Shown one piece after another: positions 37,625 through 51,709 of a stretch of 64,000 bases of DNA; position 1 is the stretch's first letter, and each line of letters opens with the position of its first letter. The DNA is taken from NCBI RefSeq assembly GCF_009914755.1, contig NC_060932.1; one strand, given 5' to 3'. The DNA comes from the human T2T-CHM13v2.0 reference genome, Homo sapiens. The notes below the pieces were generated by a model. The model did no database searches, was not told the origin of the DNA, and saw only the letters and a program-made list of their open reading frames with translations. A program made the position numbers and the translations under genes.

Positions 37625-38232
37625 TTTAATTGATACAAAATATTTTACGTATCTATGGGGTACATGTGAGTATTTTGTTAGATGTGTAAAATGTGTAATG
37701 ATCAGGTCAGAGTACTTGGGATATCTATCACCTTGAGTTTTTATCATTTCTATTTGTTAGGACTACTTAAGTCCTTTCTTCTAGCTGCTTTGAAATATAG
37801 AACACATTGTTGCTAACTGTAGTCACTCTCCTTTGCTAATGAGTATTAGGGCTTATTTGTTTTATCTAACTGGATGTTAGTACCCACTAAGCAACTCTCT
37901 TTAACCCCCACTCCCACCTACAAACTCTTCTCAGACACTGATACCTATCATTCTACCCTCTACCTCCATGAGATCAATTTTTTTTAGCTCCCATACATGA
38001 GTGAGAACATGAGGCATCAGTATTTCTGTGCCTGTCTGATCTCACTTAACATAATGACCTCAAGTTTCACCCAAAGGAAAAGAAATGTATATTTCAAAAG
38101 GATACCTGCACTCTCATGTTTATTGCAACACTATTTACAATAGCAATGATATGGAATCAACCTAAATGTCCATTGACCAATGAATATATGGTATATATAC
38201 ACAATAGAATACTCTTCAGCCATAAAAAGAAT
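37625..38232 (-). mobile_element. L1MA 3' end with an inverted 5' segment (38072-38232 on + strand)
   Basis: Orientation switches at cccaaagg; the two pieces are near-adjacent in L1 consensus coordinates. Confidence 0.85.
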
Positions 38233-38639
38233 ATAATAGTTAATTTAAAATACCATTTAGGTTCTTAATCTAGCTCCTACTCCTACTCTAGCTCCTACCT
38301 CCTGCTAATGTCTCAGGCTTATTTCTTTCCTCTCTGCATTCCAGGGTTTTTTCTAGTACTATTTTAAAGATTTGTAGTTCCCTGAAGATATCATGCAAGT
38401 GTCCGTCTTAAACATATAAATCAGCCTTTACTTATGGTCCTGAACCAACCTCTTTACTCTTCCTGTATATCTGTCCATTCTTCAACAACTCAAGTCAAGT
38501 ACCAGCTCTTCAAGTTCTCCTCACAGGTGAGGTTGGTAGCCCCTCTTTTATATTCCCATAGCACTCTCTGCTTTTTCTTAACAAGGCATTTCCCACCTTA
38601 TAATAACATCCCCTCTCTCTGGCTGTCTCTTCCCAACAT

Positions 38640-39620
38640 TAGAGTGCAGTGCCTGCCCTCTGTGTGCTGGTCCCTTCTAAACCCTGGAGATGCAGCTGTG
38701 AACAAGACCCAGAAAAGCCATACACCTCTGCAGCTTTTACTCTATTTGTAAAAGAAGAGATAGATGATAGATGGATAGATGAATGGATGGATGGATAGAC
38801 TGATTGATTGATAGATTGATATGATAAAAAGATGGGAATATAATGGGGGTTAACTGCTAGGTAGAGACAAAATAGGATGATGTGACAGAGAACACTGAGG
38901 TGAAATTTGAGCTGAGCTTGGGTTGACAAGAAGGGGCTAGTCATGTGATGACTGGGGGCAGTGCACATCAGAAAGCAATTCCACCTAGAGCAGGAAACGC
39001 CAGTTAGGCAGGAAAAAGTGTGGCTACCTGAAAATCAGAAAGAAGGCCGGCCAGGCTGCCATGGGTGTGGTGGGGAGGAGAGATTTGCCTGAGCCAAGGC
39101 AGGGAGGTAGGTTGATATTGGATTACACAGGGCTCTGGGAGCCAGCACGAAGAGTCCGAATCCTCTTCTGAGTACAATGGGAAGCTGTCAGTGGATTGCC
39201 AGCGGAGGGGACTATGATCTGGATGATATTTTCCAATGTTCACTCTGGCTGCTGTGAGGAATGGCACATAGAAAGGCAAATGTCCCCACAGGGAGCTAGT
39301 TAGGAAGCTGTCGTGGGCAGCCCATCAAAGAGAGAGACTGGAGGCTTGGACAAGGGACTAGCAGGGGAAAGGGAGAAAAGGGGGCAGATTTGAGGCGTGT
39401 GGAGGTGGAGTCACAGAACTGGCTTATGGACAGATGTGGAAATGGAGGGGAAGGAAGGAACTGCCATTATCTTCAAGATTTCTGCCTTGAGAAACTGGAT
39501 AAAAATAGTGCTATTTAGAAATAAGGGGAGATTTGGGGAGAAGGAGGTAGAAGATCATTGGCTGACATCAAGTATTCTCTTTATGACCATGTGAAGTTTG
39601 AGATGCCTGCTGCACATCTA
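38640..39620 (-). mobile_element. L2 containing a (GATA/GATG/GATT)n tract at about 38757-38825
   Basis: cactctggctgctgtg; ggaggcttggacaaggg; gtgaagtttgagatgcctg. Confidence 0.75.
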
Positions 39621-39641
39621 AATTGAGAGTCTTGAGTCCCA

Positions 39642-40607
39642 TGTGAGAACTAAAAATAAAATCCTAAGGCCCCCAACTGACTGAACGGGCTCCCCCTTCT
39701 TGGCCGAGGGGACCCCAGAGATCCCAGCCACGACAGGATGAGAGGTCAGATATGCCTCATTAGGCCCACGCCCTTTTGTGTTTTAGACACGACAGCCAAC
39801 CAACATAAGACTGACAGAACAGAGGGGCCATAAGACTGACAGAACAGACTCTTTGTGGCAATAAGATACCAAATCATAAACAGGACCTAAGGCCATGCCA
39901 GAAAAGGGTTAAGCCTCGCACCCCTGCACTTAAAGAATAAACTAATAAACTATGTTTTAACTGCCACAGGTTTGTCTTTTTCTTCAGCAGCTAACAAGCA
40001 CTGGCTTTGAGACAAGCAGTGTTGAAACAATTGCAGCTCGCCCACCACCAGACACTGACTAACTGAGTCCTCCTGTTCTACAACCATAACTATAGCTTTG
40101 ATTGCACAATAGAATGATTTCTGTAACTTTCTCCTGATAAAAGACCACTGACTGTGAACTGGTTCTGGCTGGCTTTACAGAGGCTGTGCACTGAGTGCCT
40201 TCATGTCCCTGCTTCACCTCTTCACATACAGGGCCTAATTATAATACTTAAATGTTAAGTCTCCACCTCAAAGCGAACATGGGACACATGTAACATGCAT
40301 GTTTGTTCAGTATGCATGCATCATACTGAACCCCTTCATGAATATGCATTCCTCCTCCTAACATAACCTAACCCCTTCATGAATATTCATACCTCCTCCT
40401 ATAACCTGTTAAATATGTGTACTTGGCCAACTTGTTTAGCACAAATCCTTGTGCCTCCCTCCCCTCCTGTGAACTGCCTGCTTTTTGGCCTCTGCTAGAG
40501 GCAATGCTTCCCAACCTGTCAGAATGCCCATCTTGTAGGTTGTAACCCTTTATAAAAAATAAAGTCTCCCTTCAAAATTTATAAATGATATAATTTTTCA
40601 GTTGACT
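39642..40607 (+). mobile_element. MER4-group ERV1 solo LTR (MER49-like)
   Basis: tgagaactaaaaataaaatcctaag ... aaataaagtctccc ... ttttcagttgac; about 965 bp. Confidence 0.8.
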
Positions 40608-40645
40608 CAGTGGATAGGGCAGAGTTGTAGATATAGAACTGAAGG

Positions 40646-40770
40646 CACACACACACAAATACACACAACCACACAAACAAACACAAAAACACACACACAT
40701 GCGAATACACATAATTACAGAAACACACAGATATACACAACCACATAAGTACACACAAATACAAACACAC
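40646..40770. repeat. Degenerate CA-rich low-complexity tract
   Basis: Direct reading. Confidence 0.85.
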
Positions 40771-41455
40771 GTTTGTGAAATTAGATTAGAGCTTTTCCTG
40801 AGTATGTTAATAGAAAAAAATAGATGACCCAGAAATAATCCCTATGGCCCCTTTGGGATCAAACTTATGCAATAATCTTCCTCAGGCAGAAACCGCAGAG
40901 GAGATACTGGGGCTGGGCAAAGACTCCATGTCAGGTGTAATTTTTGTGCATTTTTGCTCCCTGAGGTCTGTTCCACTCTCCCACTAATTCCTGTCCTAAT
41001 GACAGTTTGTCCATGGCTTCCTGCCACTGTCAATACCTGTGCCTCTAATACACTTCTAGCTCAAGCTAGTCACACAGTGCCAAGTGATTTCCTTTTGAAT
41101 TATCTTCCATAATCTTGTCAAACTTTATATATATATATATATAAAATTTGACCAAGGGAAATTGTACATTTTATCTTAACTCATTGTCCTGAACAAATTA
41201 TGTAAATAATAACACCGCCAATTATAGACAGTCTATTTTCCATTAAAGCTCTGTAGTAAATTCCTATGCCACAGTACCAGCAGAAATATATTTTTTCATT
41301 TTATTCATCAATGCTTTTTCTTGGAAAACAAATAATCATATCTTTCCCCTCAAAGTAATCTCAGAATGCAGATGAAGCTATGAATTCTCCAGGTGATATT
41401 TCAATGCTTTAGCCTCCTGGGTACAAGTCATCCTAGATATATATTAAACATTTAC

Positions 41456-41951
41456 TGTGAAAGTTTTGAGATTCAAAATGGAGTCACTTGTGTCTTGTGT
41501 CACTTGTCAAACTCCGGCAAAATAAAGACAGAGAAGATCATGGTGGGAGGGCTGTCCTAATAGATTTGCCTGATAATATGAATGATCACAAGGACAGCCA
41601 GCCACTTATGCAAAAACACTTGCCTGACACACTATTTCACAAACTCAATCCAAAGAAACAGCTGCTATGACTTCGAGACTACAAGTTTTACCTAGAAATG
41701 CCCCCACTGTCACTCATCAGAGCTTGCCAGATCCTGAAAGACATCGCCAGCCAATGAACTTTCAAAATAACCTGTATAATCTACTCTTTCCCCAATTAAA
41801 CCCTAACCTTTTCCTCTGTTCTCTGGACATGCAGGAGGCCACCCTGGTCTTTATGTATGTCTCGCATTGCAATCCTATTTCTTGTATATTAGTCCCCAAA
41901 AAACCCTTTTACTTAGTAGAGATTTACCTCTCCATATTTTCTATGTTGGCA
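41456..41951 (+). mobile_element. MER65-like ERV1 solo LTR
   Basis: tgtgaaagtt ... tcaaaatggagtcacttgtgt ... ttggca; TSD ttac/ctac. Confidence 0.75.
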
Positions 41952-42226
41952 CTACACATATGATTCTAGAATATTTTCATTAAAATCATACAGTTCTGTT
42001 TAAAGAAAAGATCGTCTTTGATTTATAAGCTTTTCTGTGTACTGTGCAAAGAGACTTCTGTGCAAAGAGATTCAGTGTCATTTGTTAATAAAATAAGCTC
42101 ATTTTTCTGACAAAAATGGAAACATCTTAAGTTACTATATCTTTAATTTTTTTTTTCAAAGAAGGACAAGAAAACTCAGCACTTTTAATGCTGTGGTCTT
42201 TCATTTGACATTTAACTATCCTGCTG

Positions 42227-42935
42227 TGTAGTGTTACTTGGCAGCTTTAGAGGGTACTCTGGTGGTTTTACAGTGTACTAACATGGCCAGCCTGCACAGC
42301 GTTTCTTATAATTCCCTTAGCTATATGTTTCTGGTTTTCACTCTCAGAAGGTCAGGGCTCACAGCTTCCACATGTAAGCACCAGGTTCTCCTGCAGAACT
42401 ACCACTTTATTGAGGTTGAAGGTGGAGAGAACTAACTCGGGTTTCAGTCTGTCCTTAGAGGTCCCAGCTGGTGCTCAGGGTCTGAGTAGCACTTTCTCTT
42501 CCCCACCCAAAATCTCTCCTCCAACAGTCTGTCTTCCAGGCTCCAAGCACCAGCATTAGAGAGGGTGCTGAACCAGCTCTCACAAAGGCTCAGTGCAAGC
42601 TTGTTCAACCCCCAGCCCACAGGCTGCATGCGGCTCAGGATGGCTTTGAATGTGGCCCAATACAAATTCGTAAACTTTCTCAAAACATTATGAGAGTTTT
42701 TTGCAATTTTTTTAGCTCATCAGCTATCATTAGTGTTCGTGTATTTTATGTATGGCCCAAGACAATTTTTCTTCTTCCAATATGGCCCAGGGAAGCTAAA
42801 AGATTGGACACCCTTGGTAAGGTCTAATCCCTGTTATAAATCCATGTGTGAGTGTATGTCTGTGTGTAAGAGAGAAAAAGAGAGGGAGAGACAGACACAC
42901 ACCTCCTAGTGGTCTTGCTTCTCTGACTGAAGTCA
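42227..42935 (+). mobile_element. Old ERVL-type LTR (LTR41/LTR33-like) split by MER30
   Basis: End motif ctcctagtggtcttgcttctctgactga; strongly diverged. Confidence 0.45.
42596..42816 (-). mobile_element. MER30 hAT MITE
   Basis: caagcttgttcaacc ... ggcccagggaagctaaaagattggacacccttg matches the reverse MER30 consensus end to end. Confidence 0.9.
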
Positions 42936-43659
42936 GTCAGGTGCAATGCCTAGGGCACGGTTCTTTCTCTCTGCACCTTTCTCTACTTTGGACGATACGT
43001 CTTCTCCCTGGCTTTAACTTGTACCCATTTAGCTGACTTCAAAATGTCCATTCAAAGTCTGGTTCAAGTCTTCATATCAGGTCTGCTTTCCAAGAACCTG
43101 TAGGACATTCCTGCTCAGGCAAAACACCATTCCATCAAAAGCACTGTGTCTAAAACTTAACTCCCTCACTCCCGGCCAGATTCTGTCAGAATTTCTCCCA
43201 TCTCCTAAGCTGAAGACAGGTAGGCACCTTAGGCCATCCTCTCAGAAATCCCATCATCAATGATTATCAGTGGTTCCTCAGAGTTCTAGGGATCAGCAGG
43301 GGCCAGGGAGGAAGTTCACTGGGTAGCACTTTTGACCCAACATGTCTAATTCCAAAAAAGACTACTTTTATGAAATTCCACCTGCTACTTATTTTAAAAG
43401 AGGGTTCTGCTGTTTAATTTGAGTTCTTATGCAAACCCCTTCCCCTATGCATAGCAAACAGCTACACATCACCCTCCATCCTCCTGGGTGCTGTCATCAA
43501 TGGGGCTGCTGGGGCACTCTCCCTCATACAGGGGCACACTGGTAAGGAACTCCCCCTCTTTCTTTCTACCCCAGCCATTGTGGTAATCATGGTCTAGAAA
43601 CTTCTACAAAACTCCCCAGGCAAACAATGACAACCCCTCCTGATTGACAAGCCATCTGT

Positions 43660-44390
43660 CAATCCTCTTTCTACTTGACTCTTTCTGGCATTTAATCAGT
43701 TTGTTCTACACCTTCCTTCTTGAAATGTTTTTTTCTCCCTTGACTTCTGAAGCACTAATCTGTCCTGTTCTCCTACTTAGAAAAGAAATACAAAATATAT
43801 CATTATGAGAAAAAGTGTTGACTTCTCTTCCTTTGTCACGACGTGTGTGTGCACACATGTGTGCAGTGTAAACATATGTGTGTTTATTCCTCAAGTTCCT
43901 CTTACTGTACACACTCACCTTGAGTGAACTCATCTACTCCCATATCAGACACTTCAACCAGCTCCTGTGACCCTAAGCATCCTGAATCTGAATCTTCAGC
44001 CCTCATTTGTTTCTTGAACTCCAGAGCCATAAACCTCAATGCCCACCGGCATCTTCATCTGAATGTTCTTAGGCCCCTCAAACTCATTCCACCTCAAACT
44101 GAAATCATTCTCATTCCCCAGCCCAGGTTCATCTCATCCAGGCAGCTTTCTCTCATTACTCATGTCTGCATCATCTCTCCCTTCTCTCAAGTCCTTAAAT
44201 GGTATATAAAGTCAGTCTCAAATATATTAGCATTTAAATGTTCTTTGATTATTTTCGTCTATTAATTTGGTCTCCTCAGTTAAACAATAGGTTTATTGCA
44301 GGCAGGAACCACACTGTTTGCTGGTGCTATATCCTTGCGGTATCTGACACTTAGCTAGACACAGAGTAAATACACAGAGCTGAACTGAAT
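43660..44390 (+). mobile_element. L2 fragments
   Basis: ccttccttcttgaaa; cctcaaactcattccacctcaaactgaaatc; 3' end ctgacacttagctagacac. Confidence 0.65.
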
Positions 44391-46302
44391 CTCTCTCAAG
44401 TATTAGGTCTCTAGCAAAAGTGGAACATGCTAGGAAACCATAAATATATCTGCTGTCTAAATCCAAAGGTAACAGATGCAATTCATCTTCTTTGAGCACT
44501 ACTAGTAGAAGAAACAATTTTGAAATGAAAAAACAGATAAGAACATGAAATGTTCTGAACTAGACTTTAAAATTTGAATTACAATGATATCTTATGAAAT
44601 TATTCCACATGCATGATTCTGCTTGACTTGATAAGGTATCTCTCTCCACCTCCAACTCTCTTTTTAGACCCATGAATTTTGTGACAGAGGGTAAAGGATA
44701 TGATTTATTTGACCACAGTGGCTCTGTCCTTAAAGGCAGCTGTTCCTTGACTCTGAAAACTAGTCCAGAAACTGGGGTGATGCTGGTAGGCTGTGAGGGA
44801 GCAGGAGGGCCTCTTAGTTTCCTCCAGCCCCTACCCTTGCTCCCCATGGCAGGTCTCCTACAGGGGAAACCAATGAGTTTCCACCCAGTGGCTGAGGAAA
44901 GGGATGTCCTTTCACTTTCTCATCCCAGGCTCCCTCGGATTGTCAGAGACCACACATCTAATCTCCACCAGCCTTTTCTGAATAAATATGATCATGAAAT
45001 TACTTATTTTTGGTCTGTCCTCCAAAAAGAGAAAATACGTGAATGAGGTCAAGTAGTTCCAGAATACTTGAAATATTTGCTTTATGAACACTAAGCTGGA
45101 GAACGCAAAGAAATCCTCATGGACAAACTTACCATGGTAAGGGAGTCCAGGAATGTGTTCATGTAGAAGACAATATTTAACTCACTGAGTTTTGTATTGA
45201 TCACTTCTCTTTTTATAAGTCGAGAGTATATTGAAGCAGGTGTTATTTCTACAGGATTGCCCAACCCTGGACCCTAAAAGGCCAAGATTTTCATTGCTGA
45301 TGCCAGCTTCCTCTTTCTGCCTTCTCTCCCCCTGTCAATGACACTCTATATTTCAGTCTCGGGCCACCCCCCTCTAAACTCACAGATAAGATTTTAGTAT
45401 TTGTCATTTGCACATCTCACTGTGCAATTATCCCTGCCTGCAAAGTAGACAAAAGTAAAGTTTTCCTCTGTGGAAAAAATGTTGACAGTTACCTAGCAGG
45501 TGTGTATAGGGGAGAAGATATCACTTTGAGAAAAGGAAGCAATTTATTGAAATCACATCATAAGGCAGGGCCACTGTTGCAGCCTGTTCCACTGTCTCAT
45601 GGGAATGGAGAAATTACTCACATTAGTAGAGTACATTTTGGAATGATATTCATGATATTCATTGATTTTAGTCATTCAAATTATGTGTTGGCTTCAACCC
45701 TAATTAAACAGTTGAGAAAAGAAAGACCATTAATTGTTGAGCATCCATTGTGGGCACAGGATGAGATATTTTAATCAGAAGACACAGGAATAATCTTACT
45801 TCAAGGTTAAAAGAAAAATTACCTGCACGGATAGTAAAAAATCTGCTTTAGAACATTAAAGCAGTTCTTGTTAACAAAATCTGACATCCAGTCTTACTCT
45901 TTTATCTGTACACTGTCTTATTGGAGCTGCTCATTTGCTACCAATTCCTTAAATGACACTAGAGCAAGTGTTATTAGGGAGAAAGAATAATCAAAGTAAT
46001 TTTCAACAGAGATTGGACAGATTGATGTCTCTAATCATCATTCTTTGATCACAAATGTCATTTGCTCTTAACATAAGTTTTAAACCCTGGTTTCTTCCCT
46101 TACTTAATAGCAATGAAATATTCTATCAGGTGTTACAAAATTCAAATCCTCATATATAAGTGATGAGGGCTTTTCAGAGAATGCCCAGAAAATATGAGTT
46201 TCTAAGTGACAAAAGTAATTTCCTTGGGTAAGTCCTTAGAAGTCAAAGCTTCTATATCAACTCATTCAACACAACAGCAAGTGCTGGTTTGGTGCCACCA
46301 TC

Positions 46303-46601
46303 TTTTTTTTTTTTTTTTTTTTTTGAGATGAAGTTTTGTTCTTGTTGCCCTGGCTGGAGTGCAGTGGGGCGATCACTGCAACCCCCGCCTCCCAGATTCA
46401 AGCAATTCTCCTGCCTAAGGCTCATGAGTAACTGGGGTTACAGACATCCGCCACCACGCCCAGCTAATTTTTTGTATTTTTAGTACAGATGGGATTTCAC
46501 CATGTTGGCCAGGCTGGTCTCGAACTCCTGTCTTCAGGTGATCTACACTCCTCGGCCTACCAAAGTGCTGGGATTACATGTGTGAACCACCACGCCTGGT
46601 C
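46303..46601 (-). mobile_element. AluSq-like
   Basis: Full dimer; TSD tgccaccatcttttt. Confidence 0.94.
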
Positions 46602-48372
46602 ATTGCCACCATCTTTTTCATATCTGACATCCCTCCTAGATCCTAAGCCTGCCTTCTTTCCCAACTCAGGTTCCAGGCTACCTTTTTTTTTTTTTTTAAT
46701 AAGAGCTCCTCAGAGAACCTACATTGCCAGTGATAACTTGGGCTTGGAAGAACTGCAGGTCCATGTTGGTGCCCAGTCACCCAACACCACACTCCTGACA
46801 GCTGCTAATAGGACTCCAGGACCTTCACCACTGTGAAGGCCCCCAGCACTCTCTCCTGTGATTTCAATGAGTTCAAGAATTTGGGTGACTTTTCTGGAAT
46901 CATAGCGCTTTAGGGTTTAGGCGTTTTAAAAATTACCTGAGCATTTTAAGGACAAGAAATCAATTTATTTACTTGTCATTTACTATGTGATTCAGAGCCT
47001 AGCACAGAGTGGGTGGGTCACTTAATAAATATTTGCTAAACTATTGACCAAATCAAGGAAAGTTCTGATGTTCCTCCGCCGTGACACACTATCTCACTGA
47101 AAACCTCCAGATCGTGAGTGAACCAGATTTCATCCACAGAAATAAACTCTCTAGATTCACTCCAGAAATATCACTTGCATGCTCCAAAAGGTTGACTAGT
47201 TATTTTATACTGGGTTTCTTTAGAGTAACTTGGAAATGAAAGCTGCCTCTCCAATGTGCACATAGAATGAAGAGCATTGCCCAGATCTTTTTTTAACTTG
47301 TGCTGATGTTTTCCGGACATGTGGGTGTGAGAGAACCTGACCTCCTTCCTATTACCTTTAGAAGGGGTGCAGCAGAGGGTGGTCATTCAATTTCCAGGCT
47401 GGGATGACTTTCTCAAATTACACTGTGACCTGATCTCTCCTTTCCATGGGAGGTGCATTTTTACTTTCAGGACTCTCACGGGATGTGGAATACAGAAATG
47501 ATGACATCTGGTTCCAAGACTAAGAAATAGAAACCTGTATGACTTCCAAACCTTCTGGTATGGAGGATACTGAAAAATCTGAAGCTCCCCCCTACTCAGT
47601 TGCCTTGAATAGGAATTATACTGACCAAAAGCTAGATTTAAAATGAGAAACTTTAACATACCCAGTTAGACCCACCTACACAGAGACTTAAAGTGTCCAT
47701 TCCAATACAGATACTAAGGGACAACTAGGTGCTAATTTAGTAAGCTATCTGGCCATGACATCTGAGTTATCTAGTAAGCTTATGTGATTTAGCAGTGGAA
47801 AGTTGTCAGAAAACAGAATGTATTATTTGAACTTTATCCATGTCCCAGGAAATAAAACCAGAGGTCTGAAACTCATCTATTTAAGGCATTTATAAGATCT
47901 TTTTGTTAGAATATAAATCAGTTCAGTGGTGATGGTTTTAGAAATCAAAAAGAGTAAAGTGCACATGTTATCCTGTTGGGTGTCTTTAGAAGGAAAGGCA
48001 CTTACATAAGGAAGAGAAAAGACAGATATATCTCTGGAGAGTACAATAGCACCAGAGGCCGTAGATAGAACTTTGAACTAATTGTGTCCTAGAGCTTGAA
48101 ATAACACCAACATTTCTGAAAGCGAACTTTATAGATTTTGATTTGTATTTGACTACTCGGCATGAAATGGACTGAGATTTTTCTGTTACTCTAAAAGCTA
48201 AAGAAAAATACATGGTTCCTATTTGCTGTTAAGGACTATTGCAGGTAATACATATTACTATTGATATTTATATAAGTTTATATTCTGAATGAGGTATAGA
48301 TTCTGGTTACATCTGGCTATTCTTAACACAATATAGAATGGTCTAGATAACATTAACTCAAAAAAGAAGAAA

Positions 48373-48654
48373 AGCCAGGCATGGTGGCTCACTCCTGTAA
48401 TCCCAGCACTCTGGGAGGCTCAAGCGGGCAGGTCACCTGAGGTCAGGAGTTCAAGACCAACCTCACCAACATGGTGAAACCCTGTCCCTACTAAAAATAC
48501 AAAAATTAGCTACTCCAGAGGCTGAGGCAGGGGAATCACTTGAACCCCCCTGGGAGGCGGAGGTTGCAGTGAGCCAAGATCATGCCACTGCACTCCAGCC
48601 TGGGGGACAGAGCAAGACTGTCTCAAAAAAAAAAAAAAGAAAGAACAAAAAAAA
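48373..48654 (+). mobile_element. AluS with an internal deletion of about 30 bp
   Basis: aaaattagc is joined directly to tactc (start of the right arm missing). Confidence 0.93.
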
Positions 48655-49554
48655 ACCCCAAAACTCTTTAAAATGTTTATCACTAAATAATTACCTAAAT
48701 AACAGTGTTTAACACTTAAAGAGATGTCTCTGTCATGCATAGACATCATTTGTTTTTTGAAAAAATCCTTCCAACTCTGGAAAATATAGCATTTATCAAA
48801 TGTCATCACTCAGATTTAATCAGTGAATATTGAGATTAGCCAGAATATACTATCAGTGGTAGCATAAAGATTCCTGAGTAGGCAGTGTATATATGTTTAA
48901 TAATAAAATGAAAAATGCAAATGGGAAGAAAAATAACCTTCCTAAAATCAAAATGGTAAAGAAATTCCACGTAGAGAATCCCACAGACCACTGGGAGAAT
49001 GATTTAGGAAATTCATCCAGGAAAATAGTTTCATTTATTTTATTTATTGTCAAGGTTAATACTCCATGGTCTCCAGAGAATAATGTGCTAATTGTACATG
49101 ACTGACAAAATGAACTTGGTCATTTTGTCAAAGAGCTAGAGGAAGTGGGAGTCTGAGTGAGAAATTAGGGTGTAATGGCCACATATAATTGAGAGCATTC
49201 AGGAAACATTTCTTCCGAGAGTGCAGGACTGAATATCAAGCTTGAAACTGTTGTATAAAACGAGGCAGAAGACCACAAGAAACTCAGAATGAGAATCGTC
49301 TTTCGAGACCTTTCCTGGATCACTTCTTCTATCCCGCAGCTTCACTGAGATCCACTGGGGTTCTAAACCCTGAGCAGGCCGGAACTTTGTGAGAATCCAG
49401 AAACCCCAACCTTGGGCAAGAAACTAGCCATGCAAGGAAAAATTCTGGGCATTTTCATAATTTTGGGATAGAAGTATTGAGGGTTACACCTCAACATTCA
49501 TCTACCCGTTCCTCGGGGCCCATTTAGTACTTATTATTATTATTGTTGTTGCTT

Positions 49555-49730
49555 TTGTTCTTAAAACTCAATCCTCACTATAGTCAGTTTGGGTAGGTAC
49601 TTTTTATAACTATTACATTTCACAGATATGGAAACTAAGCCATAATGAGGTATTTAAGTATCTGTTCAAGGTCACAGAATTAGTAGATAGGTTCAGGACT
49701 GAACCCAGCCAGTCTCATTCCCAATACACA
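49555..49730 (-). mobile_element. MIR
   Basis: attttcacagatatggaaactaagc ... tcaaggtcacaga ... ggactgaacccag. Confidence 0.8.
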
Positions 49731-50989
49731 TTACTGCACCCAGTCCACAATAACCTTTCTTGATGGCTCCAGGCAGATGCAGTTACTTCTTCCCCTGAAT
49801 TCTACCCATGTTTTGCACCTCTTTTACTCACCATATCATATGTTGACGTTAACTGTAATCACTACTTGTTGCATCCCCTCAACTAGATTATTAATTGTTA
49901 AAAGGTACAATCATCTCTATAATCACTTTGCATTGCCCCTAGGGCCTGTTTTAATGTCCCAAACACAGTCAGTACTCAACGGATTTTGATTATGGGATTA
50001 AATTAAATGGGATGGGGGAGCTGATTTGTCCAATAATTCACACCACCACTCCAGCTACAAAATGAAAATCCCAGCCAAAATGAGCTCTTATCCTCCACCC
50101 CAAAGAGAAGTGATAAATAACTGATTCAGGAACACAATCAAGGACATGTCCATTCCCAACTTACCTTCTCTCCCTACTTCCCCAGCAAAATCTAATTAAA
50201 TAAAGTGACATTTCTCATTTACTTAATTCAATTGCCGGGTATTCCACAATCCACAACTTCTAAGAGATCAGAGAAATGTTGGCTAAACTCAAAATTCTAC
50301 TAAAGTTTTTGTAAAAATCAACGTCAGCTATAGATAGTTTACAAATGGACATATTTTAATTTCTTATAAAATTTGGTGAAATGTATGAGAAGGCACTACA
50401 CTAACTTACAGAAGACCCAGAATGAGGGTAAGTCCAGCAGCCTGGGCTGCTCAGAGGAGAAGCCAGGATCTCCTTTAGAACCTTCTTGACTCCCTCTTAC
50501 CCATCCCTGTTTGCCTGAGAAGTCATTAGAGTTTATGCTCTGTATTCATAGCAGGAAATAAAGTGAAAATAAGCTCCTTTCTTCACTTTCTCCCTGTAAA
50601 ACCGACTTTATCCCTTCTGCCCCAAGTCATAGCCACCTGAACAGCCCTATTGCCTTTAACGTAAGAACAGGAAAAAGAGGCCTCCACAATGTTGTTCTTT
50701 GTAGTAGGCCTAGCTGGACCCAACTGCAGGGTGGGTCAGCTTCTAGGCCACCGTGCAGTAAAGAAGAAAGCACTGGAGAAAAAAGATTTTACAGACAACC
50801 TTCTGCCAGCTGGAAAATAGAAAAACACTAAAGAAACGTCGGTTAAACTTTAAGGTCATAATATTAGAGATTGTTGGAATTGATTGGAACCTTGACTACT
50901 CTGTATTCCAACCCCTCACATTTCAAATGAAGACAGTAAAACTCAGTGAGGGAACTTGTTTTGTTCAAATCCACAAAGGAAAAGAAAGA

Positions 50990-51315
50990 ACTAATGACAC
51001 GTGTAATTAATGTGAACAACTCTCAAAAACATTATGTTGAGCAGAAGCAGCCAGACAAAAAAGAAAGCATGCCATATTATTCCATTAAGTTCTAGAATAG
51101 ACAAGACTAGACTACAGTGATAGAAATCAGATAATGGTTAGCTGTGATGGGGGTAGGAAATTGGGCAAAAAGGGGTCCAAGAGAACCTTTGGTGGTTATG
51201 AAAATGTTCTACATCTTGATTGGGCTGATGGTTGCATGGTGTAGATGACTGTCAAAACCCATCAAATTGTATAACTGAAATCTGTGCATAGCACTGTATT
51301 CAACTGCAGCTTAAT
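50990..51315 (+). mobile_element. Old L1 (L1ME-type) 3' end
   Basis: ctcaaaaacattatgttgag ... gaaaatgttctacatcttgat ... gtcaaaacccatcaaattgta. Confidence 0.8.
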
Positions 51316-51322
51316 CGGTTTA

Positions 51323-51709
<387 letters not shown>

